Positions 11,426-24,740 of a stretch of DNA of 64,000 bases are shown in pieces; position 1 is the first letter of the stretch; every line of letters starts with the position of its first letter. Source of the stretch: Candidatus Latescibacterota bacterium (lineage in GTDB: Bacteria; Latescibacterota; UBA2968; UBA8231); NCBI GenBank assembly GCA_965242865.1, contig CBDETK010000013.1, forward strand, positions 1,888,001 through 1,952,000. Direction: 5' to 3'. A model generated the notes under the pieces. The model worked only from the letters and a program-made list of their open reading frames with translations, was not told the origin of the DNA and did not search any database. The position numbers were made by a program, and so were the translations under genes.

Positions 11426-11477
11426 TTCCTTAATCCTCTCCTTTCCTTACTTAGCCCGTAGGAAGGTGGTTACAGCT

Positions 11478-13556
11478 TTAACCTCGAGTGCTATCGACGA
11501 TTTCTTCGGTGATGTGACGTGGGACAGCTTTGTATTTGGAAAACTGCATAGTAAAAAGTGCCCGTCCTTGGGTCAGTGAACGCAAACGAGTGGCATAGCC
11601 AAAAGTCTCGCTCAATGGCACGAAGGCTTTGACGACTTGGGCATCGGAACGAGGATTGATGCCTTGGATCTCGCCTCGGTGCGAATTGAGATCGCCCATT
11701 ACGTCGCCTAGATATTGCTCGGGGACGACGACCTCCAACTCCATAATCGGCTCCATGAGATAAGGAGCCGCTTTTAGGGCACCGTCTTTGAATGCCATGG
11801 AGCCGGCAACCTTAAAAGCGACTTCCGATGAATCAACCTCGTGGTGCGACCCATCTACCAGCACGACCTTAACATCTTCGATCGGATAACCGGCAACCGG
11901 GCCGGTGGTCATCGCTTCAATGATGCCCTCACGCACTGGATTGATGTATTCCTTGGGGATGCTGCCACCGATAATTTTCGACTCAAAGACCAGCCCACTG
12001 CCCGGCTCGCCGGGCTCGATCTCCAACTCGACATGCCCGTACTGGCCGCGGCCTCCGGTCTGTCGCACGAAGCGACCTGAGCTCTCGACAGCCCTGTACA
12101 GACCTTCTTTATAGGCCACTTGGGGCTTGCCGACGTTGGCCTCCACCTTGAACTCGCGGAACAGCCGGTCGATGAGTATCTCTAGGTGTAGTTCGCCCAT
12201 GCCCGACATAATAGTCTGGCCTGTTTCGTCGTCGAGCTTGACCTGAAAGGTCGGATCTTCCTCGCTGAGCTTGGACAAGGCAATGTATAGCTGCTCTTGA
12301 TCCGCCCGCGTCTTTGGCTCAATTGCCACATGGATCACCGGCTCGGCAAATTCGATCTTTTCCAAGACGATGGAGTGCTGCTCGTCGCAAAGCGTATCGC
12401 CAGTAGTTGTATTTTTGAGGCCAACCACGGCGACTATATCACCAGCATAGGCGCGAGATAGCTCGGTGCGATCGTTGGCGTGCATCTCCAGCAAGCGTGC
12501 GGTCCGCTCGCGGCGCTCAGTAGTTACATTGTAGAGATACGTCCCTGAGCTCAACACACCTGAATAGACGCGAACAAAAGTGAGGCGTCCGACAAAAGGA
12601 TCCGTCATAACCTTAAAGGCCAACCCGGAAAAAGGCGCGTCGTCGCGGGCGGGGCGCACCGCTTCTGCGCTGGAATGGGGCAGCATGCCCTTGACTTCGC
12701 CGATGTCGGCTGGGGACGGAAGATAGTGCAGCACGGCGTCAAGCAAGCGCTGAACGCCTTTGTATTTGTACGCACTGCCGCATGTTACAGGCACGGCCTT
12801 CAGTGCGATGGTGGCTTGGCGCAGCGCAGCTCGGATCTCGTCGGGATGAATTTCCTCCCCTTCTAGAAATTTTTCGAGCAGCCCATCGTCAAATTCGGCC
12901 ACGGACTCGAGCAGCTTTTCGCGGTATTGCAAGGCACTCTCCAGCAAATCCGCGGGGATCTCGTCCTCAAAAAACTTGACGCCCTGACTGGCCTCTTCGT
13001 AGGTAATGGCCTTCATCTCGACCAAGTCTATCAAGCCGTTGAACGTCTCGCCAACGCCGATGGGTAACTGGACGGGCACAAAATTGCTGTTCAATCGCTC
13101 TTGGAGCATGCTGAGGACCTGAAAAAAGTCAGCCCCATTGCGATCCATCTTATTGACGAAAGCAATGCGCGGAACTTCGTATTTGTCGGCTTGGCGCCAG
13201 ACGGTTTCGGACTGAGGTTCAACTCCGCCGACCGCACAGAAGACGCCAATGGCCCCGTCGAGGACGCGCAGCGAACGCTCGACCTCAGCGGTAAAATCTA
13301 CGTGCCCGGGCGTGTCGATGATATTGATGCGGTGACCCTTCCACTCGCAAGCGGTAGCAGCCGAGGTAATGGTAATTCCGCGCTCGCGCTCTTGCTCCAT
13401 CCAATCCATCGTCGCCGTGCCGTCGTGGACCTCTCCCATGCGATGAACGCGACCAGTGTAGTAGAGGATGCGCTCGGTCGTGGTGGTTTTGCCGGCGTCA
13501 ATGTGAGCCGCAATCCCGATGTTGCGCGTGTCTTGTTGGGCAAACTGTCGTACCAT
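11478..13556 (-). CDS. fusA: Elongation factor G
   Basis: [24 protein letters not shown]; start re-set to ATG at 13556 to avoid overlapping rpsG. Confidence 0.98.
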   Translation of the reverse strand: MVRQFAQQDTRNIGIAAHIDAGKTTTTERILYYTGRVHRMGEVHDGTATMDWMEQERERGITITSAATACEWKGHRINIIDTPGHVDFTAEVERSLRVLDGAIGVFCAVGGVEPQSETVWRQADKYEVPRIAFVNKMDRNGADFFQVLSMLQERLNSNFVPVQLPIGVGETFNGLIDLVEMKAITYEEASQGVKFFEDEIPADLLESALQYREKLLESVAEFDDGLLEKFLEGEEIHPDEIRAALRQATIALKAVPVTCGSAYKYKGVQRLLDAVLHYLPSPADIGEVKGMLPHSSAEAVRPARDDAPFSGLAFKVMTDPFVGRLTFVRVYSGVLSSGTYLYNVTTERRERTARLLEMHANDRTELSRAYAGDIVAVVGLKNTTTGDTLCDEQHSIVLEKIEFAEPVIHVAIEPKTRADQEQLYIALSKLSEEDPTFQVKLDDETGQTIMSGMGELHLEILIDRLFREFKVEANVGKPQVAYKEGLYRAVESSGRFVRQTGGRGQYGHVELEIEPGEPGSGLVFESKIIGGSIPKEYINPVREGIIEAMTTGPVAGYPIEDVKVVLVDGSHHEVDSSEVAFKVAGSMAFKDGALKAAPYLMEPIMELEVVVPEQYLGDVMGDLNSHRGEIQGINPRSDAQVVKAFVPLSETFGYATRLRSLTQGRALFTMQFSKYKAVPRHITEEIVDSTRG

Positions 13557-13572
13557 TTCGCCTGAAAACTCC

Positions 13573-14043
13573 CTAAAATCTGTAGTGGGCGAAGGCCTTG
13601 TTTGCCTCGGCCATGCGGTGGACATCTTCCTTCATGCGTACAGCCCCACCTTCCCCCCTAGACGCAGCGATAAACTCATTGGCCAACCGCTCAGCCATGG
13701 TGCGCTCAGAGCGCTCGCGGGCAAAGCGAATCAACCAGCGAATCGAACGCGCCGTGCGCTCGTCTGGCCGCATTTCGACCGGCACCTGATACGTTTGGCC
13801 ACCGACTCGACGCGACTTAACCATAACGATGGGCTTGGCATTTTCTAGTGCCTTCTGAAATACATCAATCCCGTCTTGACCGCTGCGCTCGGCAGCCAAA
13901 TCAATCGAGTCGTAGAATATGCGCTCGGCCACGCTCTTCTTACCTTGTTTCATTAGCGAATTTACGAACCTCGCCGCCAAGACATTGTGGAATTTCGGGT
14001 CCGGCAGCAGCTTGCGTTTGATTGCTTTTTTACGCCGCGACAT
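13573..14043 (-). CDS. rpsG: 30S ribosomal protein S7
   Basis: [27 protein letters not shown]. Confidence 0.99.
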   Translation of the reverse strand: MSRRKKAIKRKLLPDPKFHNVLAARFVNSLMKQGKKSVAERIFYDSIDLAAERSGQDGIDVFQKALENAKPIVMVKSRRVGGQTYQVPVEMRPDERTARSIRWLIRFARERSERTMAERLANEFIAASRGEGGAVRMKEDVHRMAEANKAFAHYRF

Positions 14044-14053
14044 TGCTCATACC

Positions 14054-14425
14054 TTAGGTAGGCCGCCGGGTGCCATACTTGGAGCGCCCTTGGCGACGGT
14101 CAGCCACGCCCGTCGCATCGAGGACGCCGCGCACGATGTGGTAGCGGACGCCGGGGCAATCCTTGATGCGGCCTCCGCGCACTAAGACGATGGAGTGCTC
14201 TTGCAACGTGTGGCCCTCGCCTGGCACATAAGCCGTGACTTCAATCCCCGTAGTCAAACGCACACGAGCCATTTTACGCAAAGCCGAATTGGGCTTCTTG
14301 GGCGTCTGAGTATAAACGCGCGTGCAAACGCCGCGGCGCTGGGGACAGCCTCTCAGCGCGGGGGAGTCCGTCTTTTTTAGTGATTTTTGCCGGCTTTTTC
14401 GGACCAGCTGGCTAACCGTTGGCAA
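14054..14425 (-). CDS. rpsL: 30S ribosomal protein S12
   Basis: [11 protein letters not shown]; TTG start at 14425 behind a GAGGAG RBS. Confidence 0.98.
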   Translation of the reverse strand: MPTVSQLVRKSRQKSLKKTDSPALRGCPQRRGVCTRVYTQTPKKPNSALRKMARVRLTTGIEVTAYVPGEGHTLQEHSIVLVRGGRIKDCPGVRYHIVRGVLDATGVADRRQGRSKYGTRRPT

Positions 14426-14467
14426 CCGTTGTTTCTCCTCGTCATCTGCAATAAATAGCAAACTTAC

Positions 14468-14496
14468 AATCTAAATACAAATTGTATAATTGTCAA
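14468..14496 (-). promoter_or_regulatory. sigma70-type promoter of the str operon
   Basis: TTGACA-N17-TAGATT on the minus strand, just after the rpoC stop. Confidence 0.75.
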
Positions 14497-14498
14497 TG

Positions 14499-17400
14499 CT
14501 ACTCGCCCAAAACACCCGTTTCCGCAGCCGCAACTTCGGTCAACTCGGCTTTGCCATTCCCTTCGGGTGCCAAGTCCTCATAGGTGCTATCTTGGTAGGA
14601 GGTAGTGCCTGTGCCGGCTGGGATCAAGCGGCCGATTATGACGTTTTCTTTGAGACCTCGCAGATGGTCGATCTTGCCTTGCACGGCCGCCTCGGTCAAC
14701 ACGCGCGTCGTCTCTTGGAAAGAGGCGGCAGAGATAAAGCTATCCGTGCGCAGTGAGGCCCGAGTAATGCCCAGCAGAATCGACTGGCAGGTGGCCGGGT
14801 CACCTCCCTCGTAGAGAACTTTGTCGTTCTCCCGGTTGAAGCGGATCTTATCCACTTCCTCCCCTTCGAGAAAGTTCGTATCACCCGGGTCGATGATGCG
14901 CACCTTCTGCAGCATCTGCTTGACGATCACTTCAATGTGTTTGTCGTTGATCTCCACGGCCTGTAAGCGATAGACGTCCTGAATTTCGTTGACCAAATAC
15001 TCCTGTACCTTATTGACGCCCTGAACCCGCAAAATATCGTGCGGGTTGACCGACCCCTCGGAGAGACGCTCACCAGCTTCAACCCGATCTCCTTCGTGTA
15101 CGCGCAGGTGCTTACCGTAGGGCACCAAGTATTTCTTTTTTTCGTCATCCCCATTCGGCGGGGTAACGAACAGTTCGCGGTTGCCGCGGACTAGGCCGCC
15201 GAAGCTCACAGTGCCGTTGATTTCCGATATTACCGCAGGTTCCTTGGGCCGGCGCGCCTCAAAGAGTTCAGCAACGCGCGGCAGACCACCAGTGATGTCG
15301 CGCGTCTTGGAACGCTCGCGCGGGATTTTGACCAACACCTGCCCCGGCTCGACTTGATCGCCATCTTCGACTAGAAGACGGGCACCGACCGGAATGATAT
15401 AGGTTCGCTGACCGCCTTCCTCGATCTCGATCTCGATCTGCGGGCTCAACGAGCGGTCGCGCTGTTCGACGATGCCGCGGACGCTCATGCCCGTGCTCTC
15501 GTCGAATTCCTCGCGCATCGTTACTCCGGCAATGATATCGTTGAACTGGATCCGGCCCGGGCGGTCGGTGAGGATCACATTGTTGTATGGATCCCATTCG
15601 TACAGCACCTGTCCCATTTCGACTTGCTCTCCATCTTCGACCTTGAGCACCGCGCCATAAGGGACGTTGACAGACGAGCGCACTCGGTTCTGTTCGTCGA
15701 GCAGCCCGATTTCGCCGTTGCGGCCGACGACCGTGACGCCGGTGGTCGGGTTTTGTACTGAATCAACATCGGAAAATTGGACGCGGCCGGCTCGGCGAGC
15801 GGTGATCTGCGACTGCTCGGCGATGCGACTCGCCGTACCGCCGATGTGAAACGTCCGCAGCGTTAGCTGGGTACCGGGCTCGCCAATACTCTGCGCGGCC
15901 ACGACCCCAACGGCCTCGCCCACATTGACCTCGCGGCCAGTACCCATGTTGCGCCCGTAGCACTTGATGCACACGCCGCGCTCGGACTCGCAGGTGAGCA
16001 CCGAGCGGATGAGCACTTCTTCAATTCCGGCTTGAGCAATGCGATTGGCGTCTTCCTCTTCCAACAGAGTGCCCGCTTGGGCCACCACCTGGCCATCGGC
16101 GTCGAGGGCGTCCTCTTGCAACACGCGGCCGACGATGCGGTCGGCCAGCGGCTCGATTACCTCCTCGCCGTCCTTGAGAGCACCGGTATTCAGCCCTTGG
16201 CTCGTCATGCAGTCCTCTTCGCTAATCACCATGTCTTGAGCCACATCGACCATCCGCCGAGTCAGATACCCGGCTTCGGCCGTCTTCAGCGCCGTATCGG
16301 CCAACCCCTTGCGCGCCCCGTGGGTTGAGATGAAATACTCTAGCACCGACAGGCCCTCTTTGAAAGAGGCGATAATCGGCGTTTCGATAATTTCGCCGAC
16401 CGCACCGGTCAGCTTTTTCTGCGGCTTGTTCATCAGGCCGCGCATGCCGCCGAGCTGTTTGATCTGATCCTCGCTGCCACGCGCACCGGAATCCTTCATA
16501 ACGTAAACCGAGTTAAAGCCCTCTTCGGCTTCCTCAAGCGTTCGCTGCACAGCGCGCGAGACTTCAGATGTGGCATGGGTCCAGATGTCGATAATTTTGT
16601 TGTAGCGCTCGCCGTCGGTGATGATGCCGTTGGCATACTGATCGCGGACTTTTTCCACTTCCTTGAGCGCTCCGTCAATGAGCTTGGTTTTAGCATCGGG
16701 AACGACTACGTCGTCAACGGCGATGGACACGCCGGCCAGCGTTGCGTAGTGGTAGCCCATATTTTTGAGCTGATCGACAAACTCGGCCGTGCGCCTATTG
16801 CCCAGCCGACGATGCACCTCGGAGGTGATCCTTTTGATGTCGCCCTTGTCAACCGTGCGGTTGATAAAGCCGATTTCCTCCGGCAGCACCTCGTTAAAAA
16901 GCAAGCGACCAACGGTCGTCTCCACCATCTCGCCCTCAATGCGCACCATAATTGGCTGGTGCAAGGTGATGCGGCCCGCTTCAAAGGCCGCGACCGCCTC
17001 GGTCTTATTGGCAAAGTTGCGCTTGACTTCACCAGCTTCGCTAAAGCGCGTCTTGGTCAGGTAATAGCTGCCGAGCACGATGTCCTGCGGGTTGTCCATA
17101 ATTACCGGCTCGCCATCGGCCGGCTTGAGGATGTTGTTGGTAGAGAGCATTAAGAGCCGCGCCTCGATTTGCGACTCGAATGAGAGCGGGACATGTACGG
17201 CCATCTGGTCTCCGTCGAAATCGGCATTAAAGGCCGCGCAAACCAGCGGGTGTAGGCGAATGGCTTTGCCCTCGACGAGAATGGGCTGAAAAGCCTGAAT
17301 GCCCAACTTGTGCAAGGTCGGCGCCCGATTGAGCAAGACGCAGTGGTCGCGAATGATCTCCTCGAGAATGTCCCAGACTTCTGGGCGCTCGCGCTCGACC

Positions 17401-18593
17401 AATTTCTTGGCACTCTTGACGGTTTGCACCAGCCCTTTTTCTTCCAACTTTTTGATCACAAAGGGCTTAAATAGCTCCAAGGCCATTCCCTTCGGCAAGC
17501 CGCACTGGTACAGCTTGAGTTCTGGACCGACGACAATGACTGAACGGCCCGAATAGTCAACGCGCTTGCCCAGCAAGTTTTGGCGAAAACGGCCCTGCTT
17601 GCCCTTGAGTAGATCGCTGAGCGACTTGAGCGAGCGATTGCCGTCGCCGCGCACAGCCCGCGAGCGACGCCCGTTGTCGAAGAGGGCATCAACGGCTTCT
17701 TGCAGCATCCGCTTCTCATTGCGCAGAATGACCTCGGGGGCCTTGATGTTGATCAACTTCTTCAAGCGGTTGTTGCGGTTGATGACCCGGCGGTAGAGGT
17801 CGTTGAGGTCCGAAGTGGCGAAGCGACCGCCCTCTAAGGGCACCAAGGGGCGCAGATCCGGCGGAATGACCGGAATGTTGTCGAGAATCATCCACTCGGG
17901 CCGGTTTTCGGACTGGCGGAAGGCCTCGACGACCTTGAGTCGCTTGAGCGATTCCTGCTTGCGCTGGACCGAAGTCTCCACCCGGATGTTCCGGCGCAAC
18001 TCGGCCGAGAGATCTTCGATATCGATCTGCTCTAAGAGCCGCTTGACTGCGGGTGCTCCCATATCGGCATCGGGATCGCCACCCGCTTCCTGGACCTCAA
18101 TGAGATCCTCTTCCGTCAAAAGCTGCAACTTCTCCACTGGTGCGTCCCGCGGATCAATAACAACATAGGACTCGTAGTAGAGGATGCGCTCGAGGTTGCG
18201 CATCGAGATGTCGAGTAGGGCGCCGATGCGCGAAGGCAGCGACTTGAAATACCAGATGTGGGAAACCTGCACGGCGAGCTCGATGTGGCCCAGGCGCTCG
18301 CGGCGAACCTTGACCTGCGTGACCTCAACGCCGCAGCGATCGCATACTATGCCTCGATAGCGGATGCCCTTGTATTTGCCGCAGTGGCAGTTCCAGTCCT
18401 TGACCGGACCGAAGATGCGCTCGCAGAACAACCCGTCGCGCTCCGGCTTGAAGGAGCGATAGTTGATCGTCTCAGGCTTAGCGACTTCACCTTGTGACCA
18501 AGCGCGAATGGTCTCGGGCGAAGCGAGCTGAATGCGGATGGAATCGAAATCAATCGGTTTGCGCGATGCATTGGCAGTCTGTAACACGGGCAC
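14499..18593 (-). CDS. rpoC: RNA polymerase beta' subunit
   Basis: [12 protein letters not shown] catalytic motif, N-terminal Zn finger. Confidence 0.99.
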   Translation of the reverse strand: MPVLQTANASRKPIDFDSIRIQLASPETIRAWSQGEVAKPETINYRSFKPERDGLFCERIFGPVKDWNCHCGKYKGIRYRGIVCDRCGVEVTQVKVRRERLGHIELAVQVSHIWYFKSLPSRIGALLDISMRNLERILYYESYVVIDPRDAPVEKLQLLTEEDLIEVQEAGGDPDADMGAPAVKRLLEQIDIEDLSAELRRNIRVETSVQRKQESLKRLKVVEAFRQSENRPEWMILDNIPVIPPDLRPLVPLEGGRFATSDLNDLYRRVINRNNRLKKLINIKAPEVILRNEKRMLQEAVDALFDNGRRSRAVRGDGNRSLKSLSDLLKGKQGRFRQNLLGKRVDYSGRSVIVVGPELKLYQCGLPKGMALELFKPFVIKKLEEKGLVQTVKSAKKLVERERPEVWDILEEIIRDHCVLLNRAPTLHKLGIQAFQPILVEGKAIRLHPLVCAAFNADFDGDQMAVHVPLSFESQIEARLLMLSTNNILKPADGEPVIMDNPQDIVLGSYYLTKTRFSEAGEVKRNFANKTEAVAAFEAGRITLHQPIMVRIEGEMVETTVGRLLFNEVLPEEIGFINRTVDKGDIKRITSEVHRRLGNRRTAEFVDQLKNMGYHYATLAGVSIAVDDVVVPDAKTKLIDGALKEVEKVRDQYANGIITDGERYNKIIDIWTHATSEVSRAVQRTLEEAEEGFNSVYVMKDSGARGSEDQIKQLGGMRGLMNKPQKKLTGAVGEIIETPIIASFKEGLSVLEYFISTHGARKGLADTALKTAEAGYLTRRMVDVAQDMVISEEDCMTSQGLNTGALKDGEEVIEPLADRIVGRVLQEDALDADGQVVAQAGTLLEEEDANRIAQAGIEEVLIRSVLTCESERGVCIKCYGRNMGTGREVNVGEAVGVVAAQSIGEPGTQLTLRTFHIGGTASRIAEQSQITARRAGRVQFSDVDSVQNPTTGVTVVGRNGEIGLLDEQNRVRSSVNVPYGAVLKVEDGEQVEMGQVLYEWDPYNNVILTDRPGRIQFNDIIAGVTMREEFDESTGMSVRGIVEQRDRSLSPQIEIEIEEGGQRTYIIPVGARLLVEDGDQVEPGQVLVKIPRERSKTRDITGGLPRVAELFEARRPKEPAVISEINGTVSFGGLVRGNRELFVTPPNGDDEKKKYLVPYGKHLRVHEGDRVEAGERLSEGSVNPHDILRVQGVNKVQEYLVNEIQDVYRLQAVEINDKHIEVIVKQMLQKVRIIDPGDTNFLEGEEVDKIRFNRENDKVLYEGGDPATCQSILLGITRASLRTDSFISAASFQETTRVLTEAAVQGKIDHLRGLKENVIIGRLIPAGTGTTSYQDSTYEDLAPEGNGKAELTEVAAAETGVLGE

Positions 18594-18625
18594 CCCCTTT
18601 GCGCTTTATGCAGATGCTCTGCGAT

Positions 18626-21600
18626 TCAATAGGTCTCGACGATCCTGCTGTCTTCGAGGATCACATCCAGACACAAACTCTGTAGCTCTTTAACCAGCAC
18701 ATTGAACGATTCTGGAATGCCTGGTTCGGGTGGATTCTCTCCTTTCACGATCGCCTCGTATATCTTGGAACGCCCGGCGACGTCGTCGGACTTGACAGTC
18801 AACATCTCTTGGAGCGTGTAGGCCGAACCGTAGGCCTCCAAGGCCCACACCTCCATCTCGCCAAAGCGCTGGCCGCCAAACTGCGCCTTGCCGCCCAAGG
18901 GCTGCTGCGTGACCAGCGAGTACGGCCCGATGGAGCGAGCGTGAATTTTGTCGGCGACCAAGTGCGACAACTTCAACATGTATATGTAGCCCACCGTCAC
19001 CCGCTTGTCTAGCTCGTTGCCGGTCCGCCCATCGTAGAGCACTTGTTTGCCGTCGTCGGGCATCCCAGCCTCTTTGAGCCTCGCCCGCACCTCATCGAGG
19101 GACGCCCCGTCGAAAACCGGAGTCGCCACGTGCATATCTAAGGCGTGGGCCGCCATGCCCAGATGGGTTTCAAATATCTGGCCTAAGTTCATGCGCGAAG
19201 GCACCCCCAAAGGGTTGAGCGCGATATCCACGGGCGTACCGTCCTCGAGAAAGGGCATATCCTCCTCGGGCGCGATGTACGCGACGACCCCCTTGTTGCC
19301 GTGGCGGCCGGCCATCTTATCGCCGACCGAGAGCTTGCGCTTCTTGGCCACATAGACCTTGACTAGCTGGGCGATGCCCGGCGGCAACTCATCGCCGCGC
19401 GTGACGCGCTCTAGTTGGCGTTCTGTTTGCTCGTCAATCAGCTTTAACTGCTCTTCGGCATAGCGCAAAAGCTCGCCGACTTCGCCGCTGACTTCGGGGC
19501 TTGCGGTCCAGTCTTCTTCGGGTTGCAACGAGGCGAAATCCTCACCCACCCGCTCGAGCAGCCGCTGGCTCAGTTGAGTGCCTTTGCGGACCTTCAGCTC
19601 GCCGTCTTGGGAGTATAAGTTGCCCAGCTTGACGTTCTCCACCACCTCCAGCAACCGAGCGTTGCGCTCGGCTATTAGCTTCTCCTTGCGCTCGGCCGCC
19701 TCTTGCTCGTACGCGGCGATGCGCTCGCGACGCCGGGGTTGATCGCTTCGCTCGCGGCGCGAGAAAACCTTGCGGTCAATGACCACGCCCTCCATGCCGG
19801 GGGGTGCTTTCAGCGACGCATCGCGGACATCCCCGGCCTTCTCCCCGAAAATTGCCCGCAAGAGACGCTCTTCGGGCGATAGCTCGCTCTCGCCCTTGGG
19901 CGTCACTTTGCCGACTAGAATATCGCCGGGGCCGACCTCGGCACCAATGCGAATAATACCCTCGTCATCGAGGTTGCGCACCGCTCCTTCGCTGACGTTG
20001 GGAATCTCGCGGGTGATCTCCTCTTGACCGCGCTTGGTGTCGCGCACTTGGAGCTCAAATTCCTCAATGTGGACGGAAGTGAAAATATCCTTTTTGAGGA
20101 GGCGCTCGCTGACGACGATGGCATCTTCAAAGTTGTAGCCATTCCACGGCATGAAGGCGACCAAGACATTCACGCCTAGGGCCAAGTCGCCGCGGTCGGT
20201 AGCGGCGCCATCGGCCAAGGGCTGGCCGGTCTGTATCGCGTCGCCAACTTGGACCAAGGGCCGCTGATTGATGCAGCAGTCTTGGTTGGAACGGGCGAAC
20301 TTGGTCAATTTGTATTCGTCGACGTCCGCAGAATCCAATGGGGTCAGCCGCGTACTGCGCTTCTTGTCGCGGCGCACGACAATGCGCTGGGCATCAACGC
20401 TGACCACCGTGCCGGGGTTGCGGGCGACGATGATCGCGCCCGAATCGAGCGCGACCTTGCTCTCCATCCCGGTGCCGACGTAAGGGGCTTCAGTAAAAAG
20501 CAACGGCACTCCTTGGCGCTGCATGTTGGAGCCCATGAGTGCTCGGTTGGCATCGTCGTGTTCGAGGAAGGGGATTAGGGCCGCGGCCCCACTGACGAGC
20601 TGATTGGGCGATACGTCCATGTAGTCGAGCTCGTCGGGAGTTACCATCGGATAATCATCCCGCTTGCGCGCTTTGACCAATGGGTTGATGAACCGGCCCT
20701 GCTCGTCGATGGGCGCATTGGCTTGGGCGATGATGTACTTGTCTTCTTCGGCCGCGGTCAGAAACTCGATCTCGTTGGTCGCCTTGCCGTTTATCACCTT
20801 GCGGTACGGGGTCTCCAAAAAGCCAAAGGAATTGACGCGGGCATAGGTACTCAACGAGGAAATTAGGCCGATGTTGGGGCCTTCCGGCGTCTCGATGGGG
20901 CATATCCGGCCGTAGTGCGTGTAATGCACGTCCCGCACTTCAAAACCGGCGCGGTCGCGGCTGAGGCCCCCCGGGCCGAGGGCACTGAGGCGGCGCTTGT
21001 GGGTCAACTCGTCGAGCGGGTTGGTCTGCTGTATAAACTGCGAGAGTTGGCTCGAGCCGAAGAAGGCTTGGACCACGGTCGAAACCGTGCGCGCATTGAC
21101 CAAGTCGTGCGGCGTGATCTGATCTTCGTCGCGCAGGTTCATGCGCTCGCGAATGGTCCGCGCCATGCGCGTCAGGCCGATGCTCAACTGGTTGGCTAGC
21201 AACTCGCCGACCAAGCGCACGCGGCGATTGCCCAAGTGATCGATATCGTCGGTATTGCCCTGCCCTACTCGCAACCCCAATAGGTAGCGGATTATCGCCA
21301 TGAAATCCTCTAGATGCAGCACCGTACTCTCAAAGGGAATTCCCACATCCAACCGCCGGTTGATTCGATAGCGGCCCACATCGCCTAGGTTGTAGCGCTT
21401 GGCGTTGAAGAAGAGGCGATCGAGCAATTCGCGCACGGTCGCGATATTGGGCGGGTCGCCGGGACGCAGCAGGTTATAAATGCGCGTGAGGGCATCTTCC
21501 TCGTCGTCGCTCGGGTCCTTTTCGAGCGTTTTTTCTATCACCCCGGGATCCTTAGCCGACGGGAGGGCCAAAACCTTTAATTGCTCGATATTGGCTGCCT

Positions 21601-22414
21601 GTAGAGCCGTTAGGTTTTCGCGGCTTATTTTGTCGTAGGCATCCAATAAAATTTCGCCGCTATCTTCGTCGACGATGTCCTCGCCCCCGTTGTAGCGGTC
21701 GATCAACTCTTCGTTTACATCCTCCGCGACCTCTCCGCGGAACAGGCTGAGAATTTCGCCATCTTTAGAGCAGCCGAGTGCCTTCAAGAGCGACGTCACC
21801 GGCAGTTTGCGCCGCCGGTCGATATGCACGTACATGATGTCGTTGATGTCCATGCTGAACTCTAGCCACATCCCCTTGTTGTGGGGGAGGATCCGCGCCG
21901 AGAACAGCCGCTTGCCATTGGGGTGCAAAGTCTCGTCGAAAAACACCCCCGGCGAGCGATGCAACTGGCTGACGACCGCGCGTTCGGCCCCGTTGATAAT
22001 AAACGTGCCCTCGCGGGTCATCAGGGGCAGTTCGCCCAGAAATACGGCCTGTTCGACCACGTCCTTGACCGGGCGGTCCTCAACTTCCTTGTCGCGGGTC
22101 ACCAAGCGCAGGGTCGCACGCAGCGGGGCGGCGAAAGTCATATCCCGCTCGCGGCATTCCTCTTCGCTGTAGCGGGGGTTGCCAATGGAGTAGCTGACGT
22201 ATTCGAGAGAGTATATTCCATTGACATCAGTGACCGGAAAAATACTCTGGAAGACTAGGTGCAAACCGCGCCGCTGGCGCTGCTGGGGCTGGACGGAGAG
22301 CTGTAGGAAGTCCTCGAAGGAGTCAAGCTGAACTGAAAGCAGGTTGGGCATCTTTACGGCTTCTTTGATTTTGCCAAAAGAGTGCCGTTTAATACTGCCA
22401 TTCGTCTTTGCCAA
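18626..22414 (-). CDS. rpoB: RNA polymerase beta subunit
   Basis: [29 protein letters not shown]; TTG start at 22414 behind GAGGAG. Confidence 0.99.
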   Translation of the reverse strand: MAKTNGSIKRHSFGKIKEAVKMPNLLSVQLDSFEDFLQLSVQPQQRQRRGLHLVFQSIFPVTDVNGIYSLEYVSYSIGNPRYSEEECRERDMTFAAPLRATLRLVTRDKEVEDRPVKDVVEQAVFLGELPLMTREGTFIINGAERAVVSQLHRSPGVFFDETLHPNGKRLFSARILPHNKGMWLEFSMDINDIMYVHIDRRRKLPVTSLLKALGCSKDGEILSLFRGEVAEDVNEELIDRYNGGEDIVDEDSGEILLDAYDKISRENLTALQAANIEQLKVLALPSAKDPGVIEKTLEKDPSDDEEDALTRIYNLLRPGDPPNIATVRELLDRLFFNAKRYNLGDVGRYRINRRLDVGIPFESTVLHLEDFMAIIRYLLGLRVGQGNTDDIDHLGNRRVRLVGELLANQLSIGLTRMARTIRERMNLRDEDQITPHDLVNARTVSTVVQAFFGSSQLSQFIQQTNPLDELTHKRRLSALGPGGLSRDRAGFEVRDVHYTHYGRICPIETPEGPNIGLISSLSTYARVNSFGFLETPYRKVINGKATNEIEFLTAAEEDKYIIAQANAPIDEQGRFINPLVKARKRDDYPMVTPDELDYMDVSPNQLVSGAAALIPFLEHDDANRALMGSNMQRQGVPLLFTEAPYVGTGMESKVALDSGAIIVARNPGTVVSVDAQRIVVRRDKKRSTRLTPLDSADVDEYKLTKFARSNQDCCINQRPLVQVGDAIQTGQPLADGAATDRGDLALGVNVLVAFMPWNGYNFEDAIVVSERLLKKDIFTSVHIEEFELQVRDTKRGQEEITREIPNVSEGAVRNLDDEGIIRIGAEVGPGDILVGKVTPKGESELSPEERLLRAIFGEKAGDVRDASLKAPPGMEGVVIDRKVFSRRERSDQPRRRERIAAYEQEAAERKEKLIAERNARLLEVVENVKLGNLYSQDGELKVRKGTQLSQRLLERVGEDFASLQPEEDWTASPEVSGEVGELLRYAEEQLKLIDEQTERQLERVTRGDELPPGIAQLVKVYVAKKRKLSVGDKMAGRHGNKGVVAYIAPEEDMPFLEDGTPVDIALNPLGVPSRMNLGQIFETHLGMAAHALDMHVATPVFDGASLDEVRARLKEAGMPDDGKQVLYDGRTGNELDKRVTVGYIYMLKLSHLVADKIHARSIGPYSLVTQQPLGGKAQFGGQRFGEMEVWALEAYGSAYTLQEMLTVKSDDVAGRSKIYEAIVKGENPPEPGIPESFNVLVKELQSLCLDVILEDSRIVETY

Positions 22415-22450
22415 AGTCCAACTCCTCAATTTGGGGGTTAAGGCAAATGC

Positions 22451-22480
22451 TCATGGAGCTATTGGCCAATAGCTCCATGA
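22451..22480. repeat. Perfect 30-bp palindrome in the rplL-rpoB spacer
   Basis: TCATGGAGCTATTGG|CCAATAGCTCCATGA. Confidence 0.9.
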
Positions 22481-22536
22481 AGGGGCGCTGCAGAAAAGCA
22501 GGTATGAATGGACGAGCTACTATTCGCAGCCGTCTC

Positions 22537-22935
22537 CTACTGGAGTTCGACCGTAGCTCCGACGTCCTGCAATCGGCTCTGAATTTCTTCGGCTTCTTCC
22601 TTGGTCACTCCTTCCTTGACCGGCTTGGGGGCCTCGTCGACTAGCGCTTTGGCCTCTCGCAGCCCTAGGCTGGTGATCTCGCGGACGACCTTGATGGCTT
22701 GAATTTTCTTCTCGCCGGCACTGGTGAGCACGACGTCAAAGGAATCCTTCACCTCAGCGGCCTCTTCGCCGCCGCCATCGCCGGGCATTGCGCCAGCGAT
22801 CATCACCGGGGCCGAGGCCGACACGCCGAACTTATCTTCAAGTGCTTTGACCAATTCGGCCAACTCTAGGACCGTTAGGCCGCCGATGGTCTCAATGATT
22901 TCGCTTACCTTGCTGTTGGTGGTTTCTTCGGTCAT
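22537..22935 (-). CDS. rplL: 50S ribosomal protein L7/L12
   Basis: [28 protein letters not shown]. Confidence 0.99.
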   Translation of the reverse strand: MTEETTNSKVSEIIETIGGLTVLELAELVKALEDKFGVSASAPVMIAGAMPGDGGGEEAAEVKDSFDVVLTSAGEKKIQAIKVVREITSLGLREAKALVDEAPKPVKEGVTKEEAEEIQSRLQDVGATVELQ

Positions 22936-22996
22936 GGGATACAGCCTCCTATATATCCGTATTTGAGTTGAGTTTGTTAAAAGGAATGAATGGGGA

Positions 22997-23530
22997 TCAG
23001 GCGTTTTCCCCGCCTTCTACCCGTTGTTTTTCGATCGCCGACAACGCGCCGACTAAGCCCCTGAGCAACCCACTCAAGACGCCGCTTAGCCCGTAAAGCG
23101 GACTCTGGGCACTGGCGGCTACCTTGCCGAGCAATTCTTCCCTAGAAGGCAGCTTGGCCAATGCCTCGACTCTGTCGGCGGCGAGGACTTCGCCTTCCAT
23201 AAAGCCGGTCTTGATCTGAATTTTCCCACCATCGGCACCAAAATCTTGCAGAATTTTGGCTGGCGCGATGGGGTCTTCTTTGGAGTAAGCTATCGCTGTA
23301 GGCCCGGTGAAATGCTCTTTGAGGCCGGCGATCCCCACTTCCTCGGCTGCGCGAATGGCCAAGCGATTTTTGATCACTTGGTATTGAACCTCAGACTCGC
23401 GCAACTTGTTGCGTAGCTCGGTCACGGCCGCTACGTCAATCCCCGTAAAGTCGGCCAAATAAAAGCCCTTCGCCTCGGCCATGATGGCCTTCAGTTCTTC
23501 TACTTTCGCTTCTTTCTCTGCCGTCGCCAT
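22997..23530 (-). CDS. rplJ: 50S ribosomal protein L10
   Basis: [18 protein letters not shown]; synteny. Confidence 0.97.
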   Translation of the reverse strand: MATAEKEAKVEELKAIMAEAKGFYLADFTGIDVAAVTELRNKLRESEVQYQVIKNRLAIRAAEEVGIAGLKEHFTGPTAIAYSKEDPIAPAKILQDFGADGGKIQIKTGFMEGEVLAADRVEALAKLPSREELLGKVAASAQSPLYGLSGVLSGLLRGLVGALSAIEKQRVEGGENA

Positions 23531-23545
23531 ATACAGAAGCTTTCT

Positions 23546-24244
23546 TTAGGCCGCGAGCTGGGCGCGGTCGATCTTGATGCCCGGCCCGACGGCCGACGAG
23601 AGGACTAGCTTGCGGATGTATTGCCCCTTTGCCGCGGCCGGCTTGGCGCGCCAAATGGCGTCGGTAAACGCTTGGGCGTTTTCGATGAGCGCCTGATCGG
23701 CAAAGGACAGCTTGCCGATGGGGCCTTGGGCGTTGTTGCCGGACTTGCTGTCGGCGCGGTATTCAATGCGGCCAGCCTTGGCCTCGCTGACGGCTTGCGC
23801 CACTTCGCGCGTTACCGTGCCGGTCTTGGGATTGGGCATCAAGCCTCGCGGCCCCAAAATCCTCCCCAGCTTACCTACCTGCCCCATCATATCTGGCGAG
23901 GCGATGACTAGGTCGAAATCGAGCCAACCGCCTTGGATTTTCTCGGCCATATCGGCCCCGCCGACGAAATCGGCCCCGGCCTCTTGGGCCTCCTGCACGA
24001 GCGGCCCTTGGGTAATGACTAAGACCCGGAGTTCCTTTCCCGTGCCGTGGGGCAACATCACCGTGCCGCGCAGCGTTTGATCGGCTTGACGTCCATCGAT
24101 CCCTAGGTTGCAACAAAGCTCGATGGTCGGGTCGTAATTGCACGTTGGGAACCCCCGGAGGATTTGGATCCCCTCTTCCCACGAGTAGGCTTTGTCGCGG
24201 TCGAAAGACGCCAAGGCGTCCCTGTATTTTTTTCCTCTGGCCAT
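23546..24244 (-). CDS. rplA: 50S ribosomal protein L1
   Basis: LPHGTGK, LGPRGLMPNPKTGTVT. Confidence 0.99.
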   Translation of the reverse strand: MARGKKYRDALASFDRDKAYSWEEGIQILRGFPTCNYDPTIELCCNLGIDGRQADQTLRGTVMLPHGTGKELRVLVITQGPLVQEAQEAGADFVGGADMAEKIQGGWLDFDLVIASPDMMGQVGKLGRILGPRGLMPNPKTGTVTREVAQAVSEAKAGRIEYRADSKSGNNAQGPIGKLSFADQALIENAQAFTDAIWRAKPAAAKGQYIRKLVLSSAVGPGIKIDRAQLAA

Positions 24245-24294
24245 ATCCTAAACCTCACCTCTTAACCTCTTATGAGGGGTGCGTTGCAAAGCAA

Positions 24295-24717
24295 CTACTC
24301 AATTGAGATCCCCATGCTGCGGGCCGTCCCCGCGATCATCGACATCGCGGCTTCCATGGAGGCCGCGTTCAAATCGGGCATTTTCAATTCGGCGATTTCG
24401 CGCACTTGGTCTGTAGATACAACGCCGGCGCGGTCCCTGTTGGGTACGCCCGATCCCTTGGCTTGTCCAGCAGCCCGCAAGAGTAGCACCGCAGCCGGCG
24501 GCGTCTTGGTGATAAACGAAAACGTGCGGTCGGCGTACACCGTAATGATCACGGGAATGATCAACCCCTGCTGGTCTTGGGTCTGGGCATTGAAGGTCTT
24601 GCAGAATTCCATGATATTGACGCCGTGTTGACCGAGCGCCGGACCAACGGGCGGTGTTGGATTCGCCTGACCGGCGGGAACCTGCAATTTAATCTGGGCT
24701 ATTTCCTTTTTAGCCAT
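24295..24717 (-). CDS. rplK: 50S ribosomal protein L11
   Basis: [19 protein letters not shown]. Confidence 0.99.
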   Translation of the reverse strand: MAKKEIAQIKLQVPAGQANPTPPVGPALGQHGVNIMEFCKTFNAQTQDQQGLIIPVIITVYADRTFSFITKTPPAAVLLLRAAGQAKGSGVPNRDRAGVVSTDQVREIAELKMPDLNAASMEAAMSMIAGTARSMGISIE

Positions 24718-24740
24718 TTAGGTATCATTCCCTCTGAAAA

